DNA of 64,000 nucleotides from the NCBI RefSeq assembly GCF_009914755.1, contig NC_060927.1. The stretch is one strand, 5' to 3'. This document shows positions 39,164 to 54,439 of this stretch, one piece after another. The translations under genes and the position numbers were made by a program. Within the stretch, counting starts at the first letter, position 1. Every line of letters begins with the position of its first letter. This stretch comes from the human T2T-CHM13v2.0 reference genome, Homo sapiens. The notes beneath the pieces are model-generated. The model saw nothing but the letters and a program-made list of their open reading frames with translations. It had not been told where the DNA came from and ran no database searches.

Positions 39164-39607
39164 CTTGTCAGGTTTTCCAGTTCCTGTGTTGCCTGCCAGC
39201 CCTGTCTACCCCAGGCTGTGGGTGTCTATGGCTGACAAAGGCCCCTGAGCCAGGCCAACCCCAGCCTCCCAGGGGGTGGCTCTGTGGTCCCTAGCAGCCC
39301 CAGCATCATCCAGGGCACAGAGGCCATGGACCCTGGAGACACAGCCCTTCCTATTCATCCAGGGCACGGCTCCCTCTGTCCCTCCATCTCTCCCTCACAG
39401 AGCTTTCAGCAAGATAGATGGTCATTCTCCTGTCCTCACTGTTTGCTCCTGGCATAAGGGGACCCCGGGGCTGGATGACTTCCCTAAAGAGGAGTCTCTC
39501 AGGGTTTCCTCAGGTGCTCCGAAGTCCTGTCTGGAGGATGAAGGTGGGGGGCACATCCCTGAGGCAGACTCCCCGCTGCCCTCCCTCCACCCTTCACCGA
39601 TTCCCCA

Positions 39608-39800
39608 TGTATTAGTTTTCTACAGCTATGTAATCAGTTTCCCAAACCTTAGTAGCTTGAAGCAACAAACATTTATTATCTCACAGTTTCTGAGGGGCAG
39701 TTTAGCTAAGTGGCTCTAGCTCAGGGTCTCTCATGAGCAGCTTTCAGCCAGGGCTGCAGTTCTCAGACGCCTTGAGGATTAGAGAATCTGCTTTCAAGAA
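39608..39800 (-). mobile_element. MLT1-type LTR fragment
   Basis: tgtattagttttct..aaacatttattatctcacagtttctg. Confidence 0.65.
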
Positions 39801-40331
39801 AGCCTCATACTTTCTTGCAAGGTAACAAATAAGTGCTGTAGATCACCTAAGAAAACAGTGCTGTATTACGCTTTGTTACCGAGAACCCGCAAAAGGACAG
39901 CCTGGATTATGCTAAACAATGCAAGGGAAGGGTAGGGCAAGTGGCCAAATCCCTGATGGTAGAGGACAAATTCCAAAGCAAAGAAAAGCTGGCAGGACCA
40001 ATTTATGAATTGTGAAAGCCTAACATTAAGGCATTGTACCATTTTTCCTGCCACAGGATCAGCTATCTTGCAATCAAGGGCCTCTAAGACTCAATAATCC
40101 CGGGATAGGACCAGCTGCAGTCACTCTAAGAGCTCCCTCTGGGAGGGGAGGCCTGGCAGGGAACCGTGAGGACACAACAGAGCTCTAGGGCTGGCAGTTG
40201 AGACAGGAGCTTCTTTCCTTTTAGGAAAATTACCCCAGGCTGTCCTTGGCGGCACCCCATCACTAGGAGTGTAACTAAGGAGCTTGTGGTCATCTTTTGT
40301 CCCCTCGTGGACACTTTTAAAAGTGCAGCCC

Positions 40332-40656
<325 letters not shown>

Positions 40657-41123
40657 TTAGGGTGGAAGTAAACTCAGAAGTCACCTTCAACCACTAGGGG
40701 GTTTTATGGCACAGGTCCCTGGCCTTGCACAGATCACAGAGTGAGTTAGTAATAAGTATTTCCAGATTTTTTTTTCATGGTGACTCTAAAGTTGTGACAT
40801 GCTTGATCTAAAATCTTTGAATCATAGAAGCATGGACTTAGATGAGACCTGCGACATCACCTCACGGCATTCCATATACCCGCTCCCTGCAAGCAGCGAT
40901 GGACAGAGCAGAAGCGTTGCCAGCCTTGGAGACCCCCACACTTGCGTTCAGTCTTTACTCTGGGAAGTCTCTGAGCCTCAGTTTTCTCATCCATATAGCA
41001 TCAATTTACTTCACAGAGTTCATGCAAGAATTAAACAAAATGGTGTACGTCAGAGACTGCAAACTCAAGTGCCTTCGGGACCAAGTAGGTCAGTGGACAC
41101 TGGCAAACCAGACTTACAAGCCC

Positions 41124-41500
<377 letters not shown>

Positions 41501-42078
41501 TGACCCCTGTGTTGCCAATTTTAAAAAATATGGCAGAGTCCAAAAAGGTATCTATGGTTTTCATTGTTCAACCTCTGGCGTGTGTAAAGTGTCCAAGAGG
41601 TGATCAATAATGGTGGTGGTAATTACTGGGGTGGCAGCTCCTCAGGACCCCCACACTGCCCCACCCCTACCCATACATTTCTCCCGGTAGGTGTTGATAT
41701 AGTAACATTCTTGGAGTGTCACTGTGTACCTGGCACTGTGCTAAGTGCTATAGATATAAAAACCAGCAAGAAAACAGCCCCCAGCCCCGTGGGCCTTCAG
41801 TCAAGTAAGGACAATTACAGCAGCTAACATGTGCGGTGCATTTACAATCTGTTGGGCGATGAGCTAAGCATTCCACGTGTATGATCTCGTCTAATCCTCA
41901 CCCAAACTCTATGAGGCATAGTCTATTATTACTGTACTTTCAGGATGAGGTGACTTAGAGTGGAGGTGAGTAACAAAGCCGCAGCCTTTTCTAACCCTCA
42001 GCACATCTCCAGGCTTGCTTCCTGCTGAGGATTGCAACCCACCTCCCAGGGAGATGAAGTCTCTAAAATTGGAAATAA

Positions 42079-42454
<376 letters not shown>

Positions 42455-43116
42455 CTACAGGTTTTTAAAATAGTTTGTTGGTTTGCATTTAGCCATTGAA
42501 ATTTTTATTAGTTTGTTTTTTAATGTGCTGGATCTCAGGTCACATGATTTTAGGCTGCCAACAAGATCTTTTCAAAAATTAACTGGGCTTCCTGGGGCAC
42601 ACTAACTTAAGAGTTCTGGCTTTTGTCCCCTTTTGCCCATCCCCACTAACACCAGCACTGATGTTCCCACTGTCACCAAGATGCTGAATGGATAAGCGGT
42701 CACATGATCAAAGTACTGCCTTCCACCTACACCGGGAATGAGTTGGGGATCGTAGCTCCTGGAAAGGCTTCCCCAACAACCCTAGGGTGTGTGAGTAGGC
42801 AATTTGGAGAGTCAGCCCCAGCCCACCGTAATATGAGTGCCCAGAACAGGATCATGCCCAAGACAGAGCATGGATTTGGAGAACAAACTCAATATACGTT
42901 GGATTCATAAAAACATTGGGCTCAGGGTGGCAATTCCTTGCTGTTACGCACCTGCGAACATAGCTGACTTGGATTTGCAAGCCACAAGCTTAGGTGTGGA
43001 ACATTTGTGAGTCTCTAGCATTTCTGAACCTGTCTTAAGAGCTATCACCTTACTCTGATGACATTCCAAGTGCTTACACAGGCCTCTGAGACTCCCTACC
43101 ATGGCTCTGAATTTAG

Positions 43117-43452
<336 letters not shown>

Positions 43453-43459
43453 ATGACTG

Positions 43460-43820
43460 TTCCTTAAATACACAGAAGCCTCCCACCTCAGAGCCTCATT
43501 AGCTCTTCCCTCTGCCTGGAGTAAGCTTCCCCAGATACTCTCAGGCCTCTCATGCTCTCTTCACTCAAGCCTCTGTTTAAGTGTCTCTATCAGAAAGGTT
43601 GGCTGTGTTCATCCTAGCTCAAGTAGCATGCATCACCCTTCCCCTGAGTTACTTTCTTTGGACATTTATCTCTACTTGTCATTATATTATATGCTTGTTT
43701 GATTCTTGCCTGTCTCTCTCTACTAGAATGTTAGCTCATGTGAGCAGAGGCTTTGTTTTGTTCACAGATGGACAGAAATCATGCCTGGCACGTAGTAGGC
43801 GCTCAATGAATATTTGTTGC
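43460..43820 (+). mobile_element. L2 3' end fragment
   Basis: tgcctggcacgtagtaggcgctcaatgaatatttgttg. Confidence 0.7.
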
Positions 43821-44099
43821 ATTGTTTCACAAAGACTCACCCCATTCCTTCTTTCACTAATGTCTACTTAGAACTCAGAACAAAATCTAAGGCATCATTT
43901 TTCCTACAGATTCCTCCAGTGACCTTTTCCCGGAATGTGACATTCTACCAGAATGCACTTTGACAATTAAAAACCTCAGCATTTCTTCCTAGACTAGTTT
44001 TGTCACTGTCCTAATCTTTTTCTTTTTTTTTTTTTTTTTTCTATTTCTGGCTTGGTCTCATGTTTCAGGGAAATTACTCAATAGATGCTCCTATTACTA

Positions 44100-44507
<408 letters not shown>

Positions 44508-44619
44508 AACAGAATTTCACCAACAAAAATCCTGTTTATCTAAGGCCAGACTTACAGATTTCTCTGCGCAGTCAGGTTTTCCCTCTGCCTTCTGTGTATT
44601 GCCGCTTTGTTAAATCAAG

Positions 44620-44982
44620 ATGATATGGTTTGGCTGTGTCCCCACCCAAATCTCATCTTGAATTGTGGCTCCATAATCCTCAGGTGTCATGGGAGAGACC
44701 TGGTGGGAGGTAATTGAATAATGGGGGTAGGTTTTTCCCGTGCTGTTCTCGTGATAGTGAGTAAGTCTCACAAGATCTGATGGTTTTATAAAGGGCAGTT
44801 CCCCTGCACAGGCACTCCTTCCTGCTGCCATGTAAGACATGTCTTTGTTCCTCCTTCACCTCCTGCCATGATTGTGAGGCCTCCCCAGCCATGTGGAACT
44901 GTGAGTCCATTAAACCTCTTTCCTTTATAAATTACCTAGTCTCGGGTATTTCTTCACAGCATATGAAAATGGACTAATACAC
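44620..44982 (+). mobile_element. THE1-type MaLR solo LTR
   Basis: tgatatggtttggctgtgtccccacccaaatctcatcttgaattg...gactaataca. Confidence 0.9.
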
Positions 44983-47723
44983 CAGGCTTTGCCACCCTCA
45001 TCTCCCCTCACCCCTGCCCTGTCTGCCCAGGTCAGTGCCCTCCAGCCTTGTACCTTTCAGATATGGGTTGTGACCTGTGACCCATTTAGTGGGTGATGAA
45101 ATTAATTTGGTGGCTTGTGAACAGCATTTTAAGAAAAAAATAGAATAGGAAATACAGAAAATGTGTTTCTTATTGTGATACATGTTCAAGAAAGTTTGAA
45201 AGCACTGCTCTGGCCTGTATGGGTCAAAGAAGCTTTAGTACTATTTTTCTCTTTAGTTGCCTTCAGCAGATTCTAGAAGAAGGGGCTTCGGCACTCCTGG
45301 CCTCGCACAGTGGGCCTGTGGTGGATTGTAGAAAATGGTCAGTTCTCTTTTAAAATGCTGCCAACAGCAGCGCAGGTGGTGGGCACACCTGTTCTTTTAA
45401 CTGTATCTGTTTCATAAGGTAAGTATACCTGGGACACTGAAACTCTCAGTACCAACACTCCACTCATACCCTGCGCTCAGAGACTTCACCAAACCATCGC
45501 ATGGCTTCTAGCAGCCTGAGGCCACGTCCCTGGGATGGCCCAGCCCCCTTTTGAGTTGCTGTCTGGGAAAGCTTAAGGCTGTCAAAAGAATTGAGTTTGT
45601 TCCACCAACATCTGACAACAGGCCCCTGATCTTGCTTTTTTAGAGCATTTACTAAAAAAAGGAGGCTTACCATTGTGAATCCTTCCTCTGTTGCTCTGAG
45701 CTACTATGTATGTGTTGCCTACAGCTCAGGGGTGTCTTTCTCAAGGACCTGAAAGCCATTCCCCTCAAGGTAATTATCAGGAAGGAGAGAGGATCCTAGC
45801 TTCGAGAACTGCCAGCTAGCAGACACAGCTGGTCTCATCATATTGACTCTGCCCAACACTTTGTCATTTTTCACTTCCCTGACTCTACCTGAACCTGCTC
45901 GCTCCACCTCCTGCCTCCCTTATTCTCCCTTTAAAAGGCCCAGTCAGCATCTCTGCACAAATCAGAATAGAACTCAGCTCTTTCCGCTACTGTCAGCAGT
46001 TACTGAATAAAATTTGTTTTCACTGCTTTAACTAATGTCCAGCTTGTTTATTTTTATTTTTAAACCATATACGTACACATGCACACGCGCACACACACAC
46101 ACTTCTTCTCAAGACAAACATTGCTTCTCAGAGATAGCTGATTCTTGTCATCCTCATAATCTAGAGTATCTTCCCTTCCTATGTTTAAGTTATAAGTAAA
46201 GTTTTAACTGTTCCAGTCTGGTCTTTGATGTTCCTTAGGAAATTAAATGAAGAGTTGTGTATGGGACTCTTTCCTTACAGGGAAGATTTGGGGCTATGAG
46301 GTCCAAATTTCCGTGCCCACTGGGAGCTTCTCCTTCCACTGCCAAACGTGGAGGAACCAGGATTCGTGTTACAAAGGGAGATTTCCAGTTGTCTTACACA
46401 TCAAAGGCCACCCCCTTTTCCCTCTACCCAGCTTTAACTTTCCCAAAGAATTTATAAGCAGGAAGTCTCATATTCTCTATCCAGGCAGATGAGTAGAGAT
46501 GGTTGGGCATGGGTTTCAAGGCAGCGTTTCATGTGGGAATCAATAACAAAGCAGACATCTGAATGTGCAAAGAGAAAAGGAAAATCCCCAGGTGCCAGTA
46601 AACAAACATGGAAGTGAAAAACAGAGTGACTGGTAAGCAGCCAGGCCAATGGTGGGGAGACTGGGGAGGGTGGGACTGGACCTGGATTCATCCCCAGCAC
46701 CAAAGAGTTTTCAACTGTGGCCACATGCAGGAACGGAACATAAGGCATGGGCCTATGGAGGGCGGGAGAGAACTGAGATCCTGTATGAAGGCTGCACGTC
46801 CAGTGAAAAGGAGCTGGTCCAGAAGATGCCATACACCAGCAGGGAGGAGCTGGTGCAGGGGGAGGCACTAAGAAAAGCTGGGCAGATGCCTGGCCCCGGC
46901 CAAACTGCCCAGACATGAGATTATCACTTAGACCCAGCGGGGAAATTGGAAGGCTCAGCAGCAAAGTTAAGGTCAAAACTCCGTTTGACTCACAGCTGGT
47001 GCACTGGCACTCAGATCCAGGGCCCAAGATCACTCCAGAACATTCCCCACCAGTGAGGAAGCTGGGTCTGTGATTCCCAAGGGTTTCCACCAAGAAGTCC
47101 TAAGGCAGAACATCTACCTCTGGGGATGCCCAGAGGGGAAGGTCTGAAGCTATTCATGGAACCCCAGATTTCTTTAAAGCCTCTGATTTTCCTTTTCAAA
47201 TACACAGGAGTCTTGCATTGTAACCAAAACAAACTAAATTGATAACAAGGTTTCCAGTGATTAAAGGGAAGTCTCATACCCCAAGTTACACGTGCCCCAA
47301 TTTGAGAAGCACAGACCAGGGAGGGCTTCAGAGACAACACAGGAACAATGGTGGAGGCAGGCTAAGAGGTCAGACCTGTAATCAAAAACCTAGAAGGGGG
47401 TCTCCTGTAAGAAGAGCTGAGGCCAGGCAAGAGAAGAGTCACGCAGTTTGCATATGGGTTGGTAAAAGCTTGCTCAGCGAGGCAATGCATCTTTAGGGAG
47501 GGAAAATCTGTCTACTCTTTGACATTCTATAAATCAAACCTGGTGAATTTTAACCTATGAACTTATCTAAAGTCCCATGAACCAAATGAAACGTTTTAAA
47601 TTTCCACCTTCTAAATTAATTTCTATTCAGACACCACTCATTTATATAAACTAAAAACAGCAAAAAAAAAAAAAAAAAAACTTCATGATTGTATATAACA
47701 CATTTGCATCTGTTCTGTGCATA

Positions 47724-47750
47724 TTTTATTGAATAAATAAAAATTTTATT
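47724..47750 (-). terminator. Candidate KLHL6 polyadenylation signals
   Basis: Two tttatt hexamers on + (AATAAA on -). Confidence 0.55.
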
Positions 47751-50683
47751 GGTTTGGTTTTTAAAACCTATAAACAATATTCTTAGTTTGATCACTTAAA
47801 ACATACAACTTTATGTAACCAAAATGCTTAAAGGATTTTGTTCACTGAGTGTTGGCTATTTATACCTATACATATGAAAATCTGACCTGTCAAAACTGGT
47901 TTTGCAGTAGCCAGATTTGAGATATATGTGGATTTCTAAAAGGTTAACTTGTCAAATTATGAGATCTAATACAACACCCAGGTATTAAGGGAAAAAATGA
48001 TTTTGCAACCCCAAGTTGGGACTTAACATAAGAAATCCTTATGGTGTTGCCAACGTTAAAAATTCTATTGAGCACTTTCATTTTTCAGAATAAAACAGGA
48101 TAAGCAAATAACTCACAACAGTACCTCATAGTCTTCTATAAATAGCTAAGCTATACTTTACAGCTATAAGAACGTGATATTTGTATTTCCCTGAGAGCGT
48201 AGTTTGCTTTGAGTTCAAGGGCATGGTGTATGTGTATATGTGTGTTTCCCGAAGCCATTGAGACCAGAATAGATGAAAGCTAAGACGAGAACATGAATCT
48301 GTTGGTGTTCTGATGAGCTTAGCTCCCTGCCTGTTTCAGATCAACCTTGGCAACTGGAGTCCCTTAACCTCATCTACAGATTCCGCTCCACCAAAGACTC
48401 TGGGCCACCTTCCCTCTAGGACAGGAGACCCAGCTGAGCAGCTCAGAGGCCCCACAGTAAGTTGGCCCAAATGCTGGGCCTGCTCTAACTTGTGCCTCTG
48501 CTCTAAGAAGGGGATTCCTTCCTTAGTTCCTTGCCTAGAATACTCCCTTACCCTTATTCTCCCTCACCCTTCTTGGGACTAGAGCCAAGCTCACAAACTC
48601 CAGGGCCTCCGATATCATTTTCCAGACCTGCATCCTTGGAACCTGACCTCCTCCTACCCCATCTTCTTCTTCCCAGCCAGGGGTGCTCTGTCCACTCACA
48701 GGCCCTGCCTCAGTCTCCAGTCTGCTGTGCCAGAACATCCTGCCATGTCCTGCCTGAGTCCGAGGGTTCTTTGTCTCTGGGTTTATTCTCAGCTTGGCTT
48801 TCCCCCTGCTGATGGTGTGGGTTATAACAGTTACCTTCCTGCAAATGTGTTCGTCTTTATTTCTTGAAATGGATTTTAGATTTTAGAAGTTCTCATCCTT
48901 GGCTGGTGCCTAGAAGCTAAAACCCTGATGACTATTCTTAAGTTTCCCCCAAATGACTTGAACTTTCTTTCTCGAAGAGCTACAGACTGGCAGCTTCATA
49001 TACAGAACCCTAGACCTTCTAACCAGGTGTATCTGTTCCCTACCCATGCCATTATTAGGAATCCCTATTTCTTGAGTGTCAGCTACATGACATTTTCCAC
49101 AATTCACCTGCATATCTGGTGTTGTAAAAAATCATAAAGAGTGTTTCCATGATTCATTTAGGTATTCTGAAGTAGTCCAGAAACTTGGGTCCTACATTTA
49201 GAATCAGGTTTATAGCACAGAAATCCCAAATCCTCACTTTCCCAGCATAGGGTTGACCTGCTGATGGGCTCGAAGTTTGCCTATGGGTCTTATCAAAGGA
49301 CCGCCATCCCCTCCCTGACTAGGGGCGCTGTCTTTTTGAAGGGAGGCTCCCTGTGTATGCCAGTACCATTGTCATTGGATTTCCTCTCTGGAAGTTCCTC
49401 CCTGCAATAGTCTTTGGAGTAAGACTGACTTTTCCTTCACAAATCAGTTCACAAATGGTTCTGGTGGCGATCTCAAAGAGACAAACATGTAAGCCATGGC
49501 CACTGGTTGACTTCACTGCACAGCTTACCACCTTGACCCCCTGAAAGGCAATCAAGACTTGGATCCAGCCTCCTCACTTCATACGCATCTCATTTTTAGC
49601 TAACTTGAAGAAAATAAAAACAAGAATATTAACTGGTGGCCTATTTACCTGTATTGAGTGTCTAGCATGGAGATTTGCCATTCGTGGGTGTCCTCAAGGC
49701 TTGACAGACATGAAGAACTCCATGAATGTTTGCTGAATTGAACTAGATTACACTGTTACATTGCTTCAGTTGGGAGCTTCCTGATGGTTATTATAGTGCT
49801 CATGAGTCAGCAATAGTTTGTTCTAAAATTCCACAAATATGTTTCTATTGCCCTGTGTTACTTTCCACAGCAGAGAGCTGAACTGTCACGCTTCTAAGGC
49901 ACAGAGCATTTCACACACCAACATACATTTATATTTATCTTCAATAATCTGGCATAAACAGAAATCTCACCTGTAATTTTTCAAGTTTTTAAAATCTGTT
50001 TCAAATATTAGCTTCTTCTAACCGTGACTGTTTAATGAAAATTCAATTCACTATCAACTCTAATAACTAACTTCCCAAACTGCTGAAAAGAACAAGCCAC
50101 ACCGGATATGAAATAAAACTCTATAAAGAGAATTGAAATCATATGATGAAAATAAAGTCCATTGGGTAACGCAGTTACTATGTTGTTATCATTGTTGCTT
50201 TTTAAATACAGCATATGAAACAGGATCTCTTAACCTGTTTCTCCAGCTTGGGGATTAGAATGAATTTCCAGTGAGCTCATTTGAAAGCTGTAGCTCTTAC
50301 AGTGAAGGACAGATTCTGTTCTTTAAGTCACAATTGAGCTACACTGATCAAAAAACCAAGTAGAAGTGCTTTTTAAAAGTCTTGAAAACGAAGGCTTCAG
50401 GAGGATGGGGTATCAGGAACGTGGACCTAAATCACTGTGTAAAAACTAGAAAGTGTACCATCAAGGAGAATCTGTCGCTCCTGTGTAGGCCAGCTGTGCT
50501 CAGGTGTTTACTTTTTTAATAAAACAGTAGTTTGAGTCTCTAGAGACATCTTGTCTATATTGCAGTACAACTGGTGAACACTAAGAGGCCAGGGCACCAG
50601 AATGTGCTAAAGGTACAATTCTGTCTGGCAATGACAGTTCCGGTCCAAAATGGGCCATCTTATGATCATTTAAAAAAAAAAAG

Positions 50684-50973
<290 letters not shown>

Positions 50974-51251
50974 TCAATGGGAGGAGGACAGAACACAAGT
51001 ATTTCATCTCTTTCAAAGCAAACAGGCCTTCCCAAGCCCATCCCCCAGACCTTTCAAGTGGAAGAACCTATGAGATGTTCTTGGCAAGGAGCCCAAATGA
51101 CTCCTTGGTTTAAATATTGGTAAAGGGCGGGGACGAGGGAGGATGCAGAATAAGAAAGAAAAGGAAAGAAAGCAGGAAACACCTTTATTTCCCTGCTGTG
51201 CTGAGTGAATCTTTTAGCAGACTTGCCGAAACAAGAAATGAGCCAGGTTTC

Positions 51252-51569
51252 TTTGTTTTTGTTTTTGTTTTTGTTTTTGTTTTGAAGACAGAGCTTCACT
51301 TTTGTTTCCCGGGCTGCAGTGCAGTGTGGCGATCTCGGCTCACTGCAACCTCCACCTCCCAAGTTCAAGTGATCCTCCTGCCTCAGCCTCCTGAGTAGCT
51401 GGAATTACAGGCGCCTGCCACTGCACGCGGCTAATTTTTGTATTTTTAGTAGAGACGGGGCGGTCTCACCATGTTGGCCAGGCTGGTCTTGAACTCCTGA
51501 CCTCAGGTCATCCGCCCGCCTCAGCCTCCCATAGGGCTGGGATTACAGGCGTGAGCCGCCACGCCCAGC
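51252..51569 (-). mobile_element. Alu in KLHL6 3' UTR
   Basis: TSD gagccaggttt. Confidence 0.95.
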
Positions 51570-52084
51570 ACGAGCCAGGTTTTGTTGTTGTTTTTTGTTT
51601 GTTTTTCCTGCTCTGAGATAGGCAGCATGGTGGAAAGAGCATTGACTTCGGAGATGAAAGACCTGGATTTTAGACTCCTGGGGTAGCTACTTGCTATCTG
51701 AGTGATCAGGGGCACGCCACTTAGCCTCTGTGAAACTTGGTTCCCTCACCTGTAAACTAGAAGTGATAAGAGCCAGTCACCAGGTTAAATGAACCGATAA
51801 AAGGAAGTGCCTGGCACAGAAGCCGGCATAGGGTGGGTGGGTCCTGAATGCTAAATATTACTCTTCCTCGCCTCCCCTCCTGAGGTAGGTCATGCAAACA
51901 TTCCTGGCCGGTCTCAAGTGACCCCAAACTGTGACTTCCAAGGTTCCCCCAAAGTGAGTCAAGGGGATCCCCTGATGTATGGCCTCAAACTCGAGCCTGC
52001 TGCCTGAAGTGGGACTGGAGGAGGGTGAGAGGTGAGGCGGGTACGCTGAGGGTCGGGGGGGCTCTCCAGCTCCCCATCCTGCCG

Positions 52085-52386
52085 TCAGACAGACACTGCT
52101 CCGGGCACGATCCTGCGGATGTGGGTGTACGACTTCCTGATGGTGACGCTGCCGTGGTGCGACACGCCCCGGGGCAGGACGCACTCCTCTGTCAGTTTCT
52201 GGGCCTCGGGGTCCCAGCACAGCACCGTGGCGATAACCTCGTTCTTCTCGTCCCGCCCGCCGGTGATGTAGAGCCGGTTGTTGCAGGGCGCGATACCGCA
52301 GCTGGCCCGCTCGTGGCTGAGCTGGGTCACCAGGCACCAGCTGTCTTCCAGCGGGCTGTAGGCGTACAGCGCTCTCATGGCCCCAC
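52085..52386 (-). CDS. KLHL6: Kelch-like protein 6, last coding exon
   Basis: cag|GT GGG GCC ATG...[35 protein letters not shown]; kelch repeats; phase matches the upstream exon. Confidence 0.95.
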
Positions 52387-52651
52387 CTGAGGAGAGGGAG
52401 GAAACACGGTGGGCATCGCTCCATTTTTCTGGTTTCTTCCCTCTTAACCACTAAAATTCAACTTCTGATTAGGCCAAGTCTACCCTCTTGCCAAGAGAAA
52501 CAGTCGATTGATGGCTCTCCTGAAAGCCAGAGTGGGTCCTAGGGGCAGTGAGTTGCCAGCGCTGGAGACACCGCGACACACCGTTTACGTGCTGCAGCCA
52601 GGCGCTCATCAGGTTCTAAGCCATTCAGACCAATAAGAAGCCATTACTCAC

Positions 52652-52865
52652 CAACGACATAGATGCGGTCCCGGAAACTCACTGCATTGATGCATTTAGC
52701 CTCCACGGGCATGGCCGCCTTCAAACTCCACTTGTTGGTGGAAGGGTCATAACACTGAGTCTTGTCTGTGGCCAGTTTCCCATTGGGCCCTCCCCCGATC
52801 ACATACAGCTTCTTCTTATGGCTGGTGGCTGCAAAGGAACTGACATGGACAAGGAGGGGTGCGGC
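52652..52865 (-). CDS. KLHL6: KLHL6 penultimate exon (214 nt)
   Basis: tacag|[35 protein letters not shown]|gtgagt. Confidence 0.95.
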
Positions 52866-54236
52866 CTGTAGAGGCACAGGGCACAAGAAGAAGCTGTCAG
52901 TCATGCTGCCCAGATTGCTGCAGTAGCTCCCAGGATACAGGACAGAGCTCCGGGACACAGAACTGGGCATCTTTTGCCTATAGTCACAAGGCCCATGGGC
53001 TTGACTCCTCTTAAGACACAGCAAGAATGAAAGCATGCATTTCCCACCCTCCCTCCAGGCTCCACGCAAGCTAGAGCAAGCTGTGTGTTGGGATGTGCCA
53101 GCCTCTCCCGGAATCCAGCTCTCAGGCAAGAATAAGTTTATACAGATGAAGTCAGCCAGTGTGGGAGGAAAATGATGTTTTATACATGCATATTCATATT
53201 CATTCATGTGCTCATCCACTCGAAAAATATTTATGGAATGCCTACTATGTACCAGCATTGATTTTCCTTGGTGCTTATATCTAGGAAGAAAAGCTGAAAC
53301 GGTGGCCACAGGTAAGCAGACTCTTCCATTATGGGGCAGCATTGAGGATTTTGAGATTAAGTCAGACGTGTGCTTCTATCCTGTGAACCCCAGGACAGTA
53401 AAGGAGACTTCCAAGAGCCTCTTGCCCATTTATTTACAGGATCCTTTTAGATCGTGGAGCAGCTCTGTGATAGGGCTTGTTTTGAGAAGATCCTGGGCAT
53501 GTCCCCCATACATGTTAAGGGCTCTCAATATAGCACTTTTCAGGCTGACAGTCTTGGCTAGATGTGGTGACCTGGCTACCTTTGCTTGTGCCTACAATGA
53601 CTGTGTTGTACATTCCATTAAGCTGGAACATGCTTGGACATCTGATCTGATAAGGAGAAAGAAAATTTGAAACTGGGAATAACCTGGAAATGAGATGAGG
53701 TGGCTTTTCTTTTCCTGGGTCTGATATATACCTGAGGTTGCATTACTAAAGTCTGACATGCAGGCCTGTAAGTGGCTCATCATCCATGGGAAAATAAAGA
53801 AGGGATGATTTCTAACATGACCAAATCACTCTGGGTTCATAAACGGTGTAGTAAAGTGATCCGCATGTGTCCAGTGTGGAGAAGAATAGGAGAGAAGGCA
53901 TCTGAGGAGACAAGACTCTACACCAAGACATGCAGACCAAGAGATCTCCCATCTAAGGACAGGGTGAGCCTCTGTGCACATCTGGGGTTCTGTCCAAATT
54001 AGGACAGGTGCCCACACAGACCTTCACCACTTGGAAGGACATTGTTTCTGTGACTTGATCAGCAATACTGAAGCAATAGCTCCTAGGAGGAGGGAAGCTC
54101 AGAGCCACCAAAACTGTTCTCCTTGGAAGTAAAGTGATCAGAAAGCTGACCACCACGGCAGGCACGTTCCAAAGCTTTTTAAAAAAGCACTGAAGTAATA
54201 ATACAGGCAGTTACTGGTAGAAATCGTGTCCTATAC

Positions 54237-54439
54237 CTCTGACCAGCAGTTGTGAAAGGGGTCGTAGGTCTCCACATTGTTGATTCTCTGTAAGCCGTCA
54301 AAGCCTCCGATCACATAGACCTTGCCACCCAACACCACCATCTTATGCCTCCAGCGGCCTATGTTTAAATACTCAATCTGAATCCACTTGTTGATCGAAG
54401 AATTATATTTCCAAACATCATGCTGTGTTTCTTTGCCAC
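54237..54439 (-). CDS. KLHL6: KLHL6 internal exon (203 nt)
   Basis: tgcag|[67 protein letters not shown]|gtatag; absent from the ORF track. Confidence 0.95.

Noticed and set aside
46452-47093. 213-aa minus-strand ORF downstream of KLHL6
   Set aside because: Non-ATG start, low-complexity composition, no recognisable homology or splice structure
51858-52451. 197-aa alternative-frame ORF and 121-aa antisense ORF over the last KLHL6 exon
   Set aside because: Expected by-product of GC-rich coding sequence; start lies in the intron; no family resemblance
52644-53342. 232-aa ORF as a single exon
   Set aside because: Only 52652-52865 is kelch-like and bounded by splice sites; the rest is intronic read-through
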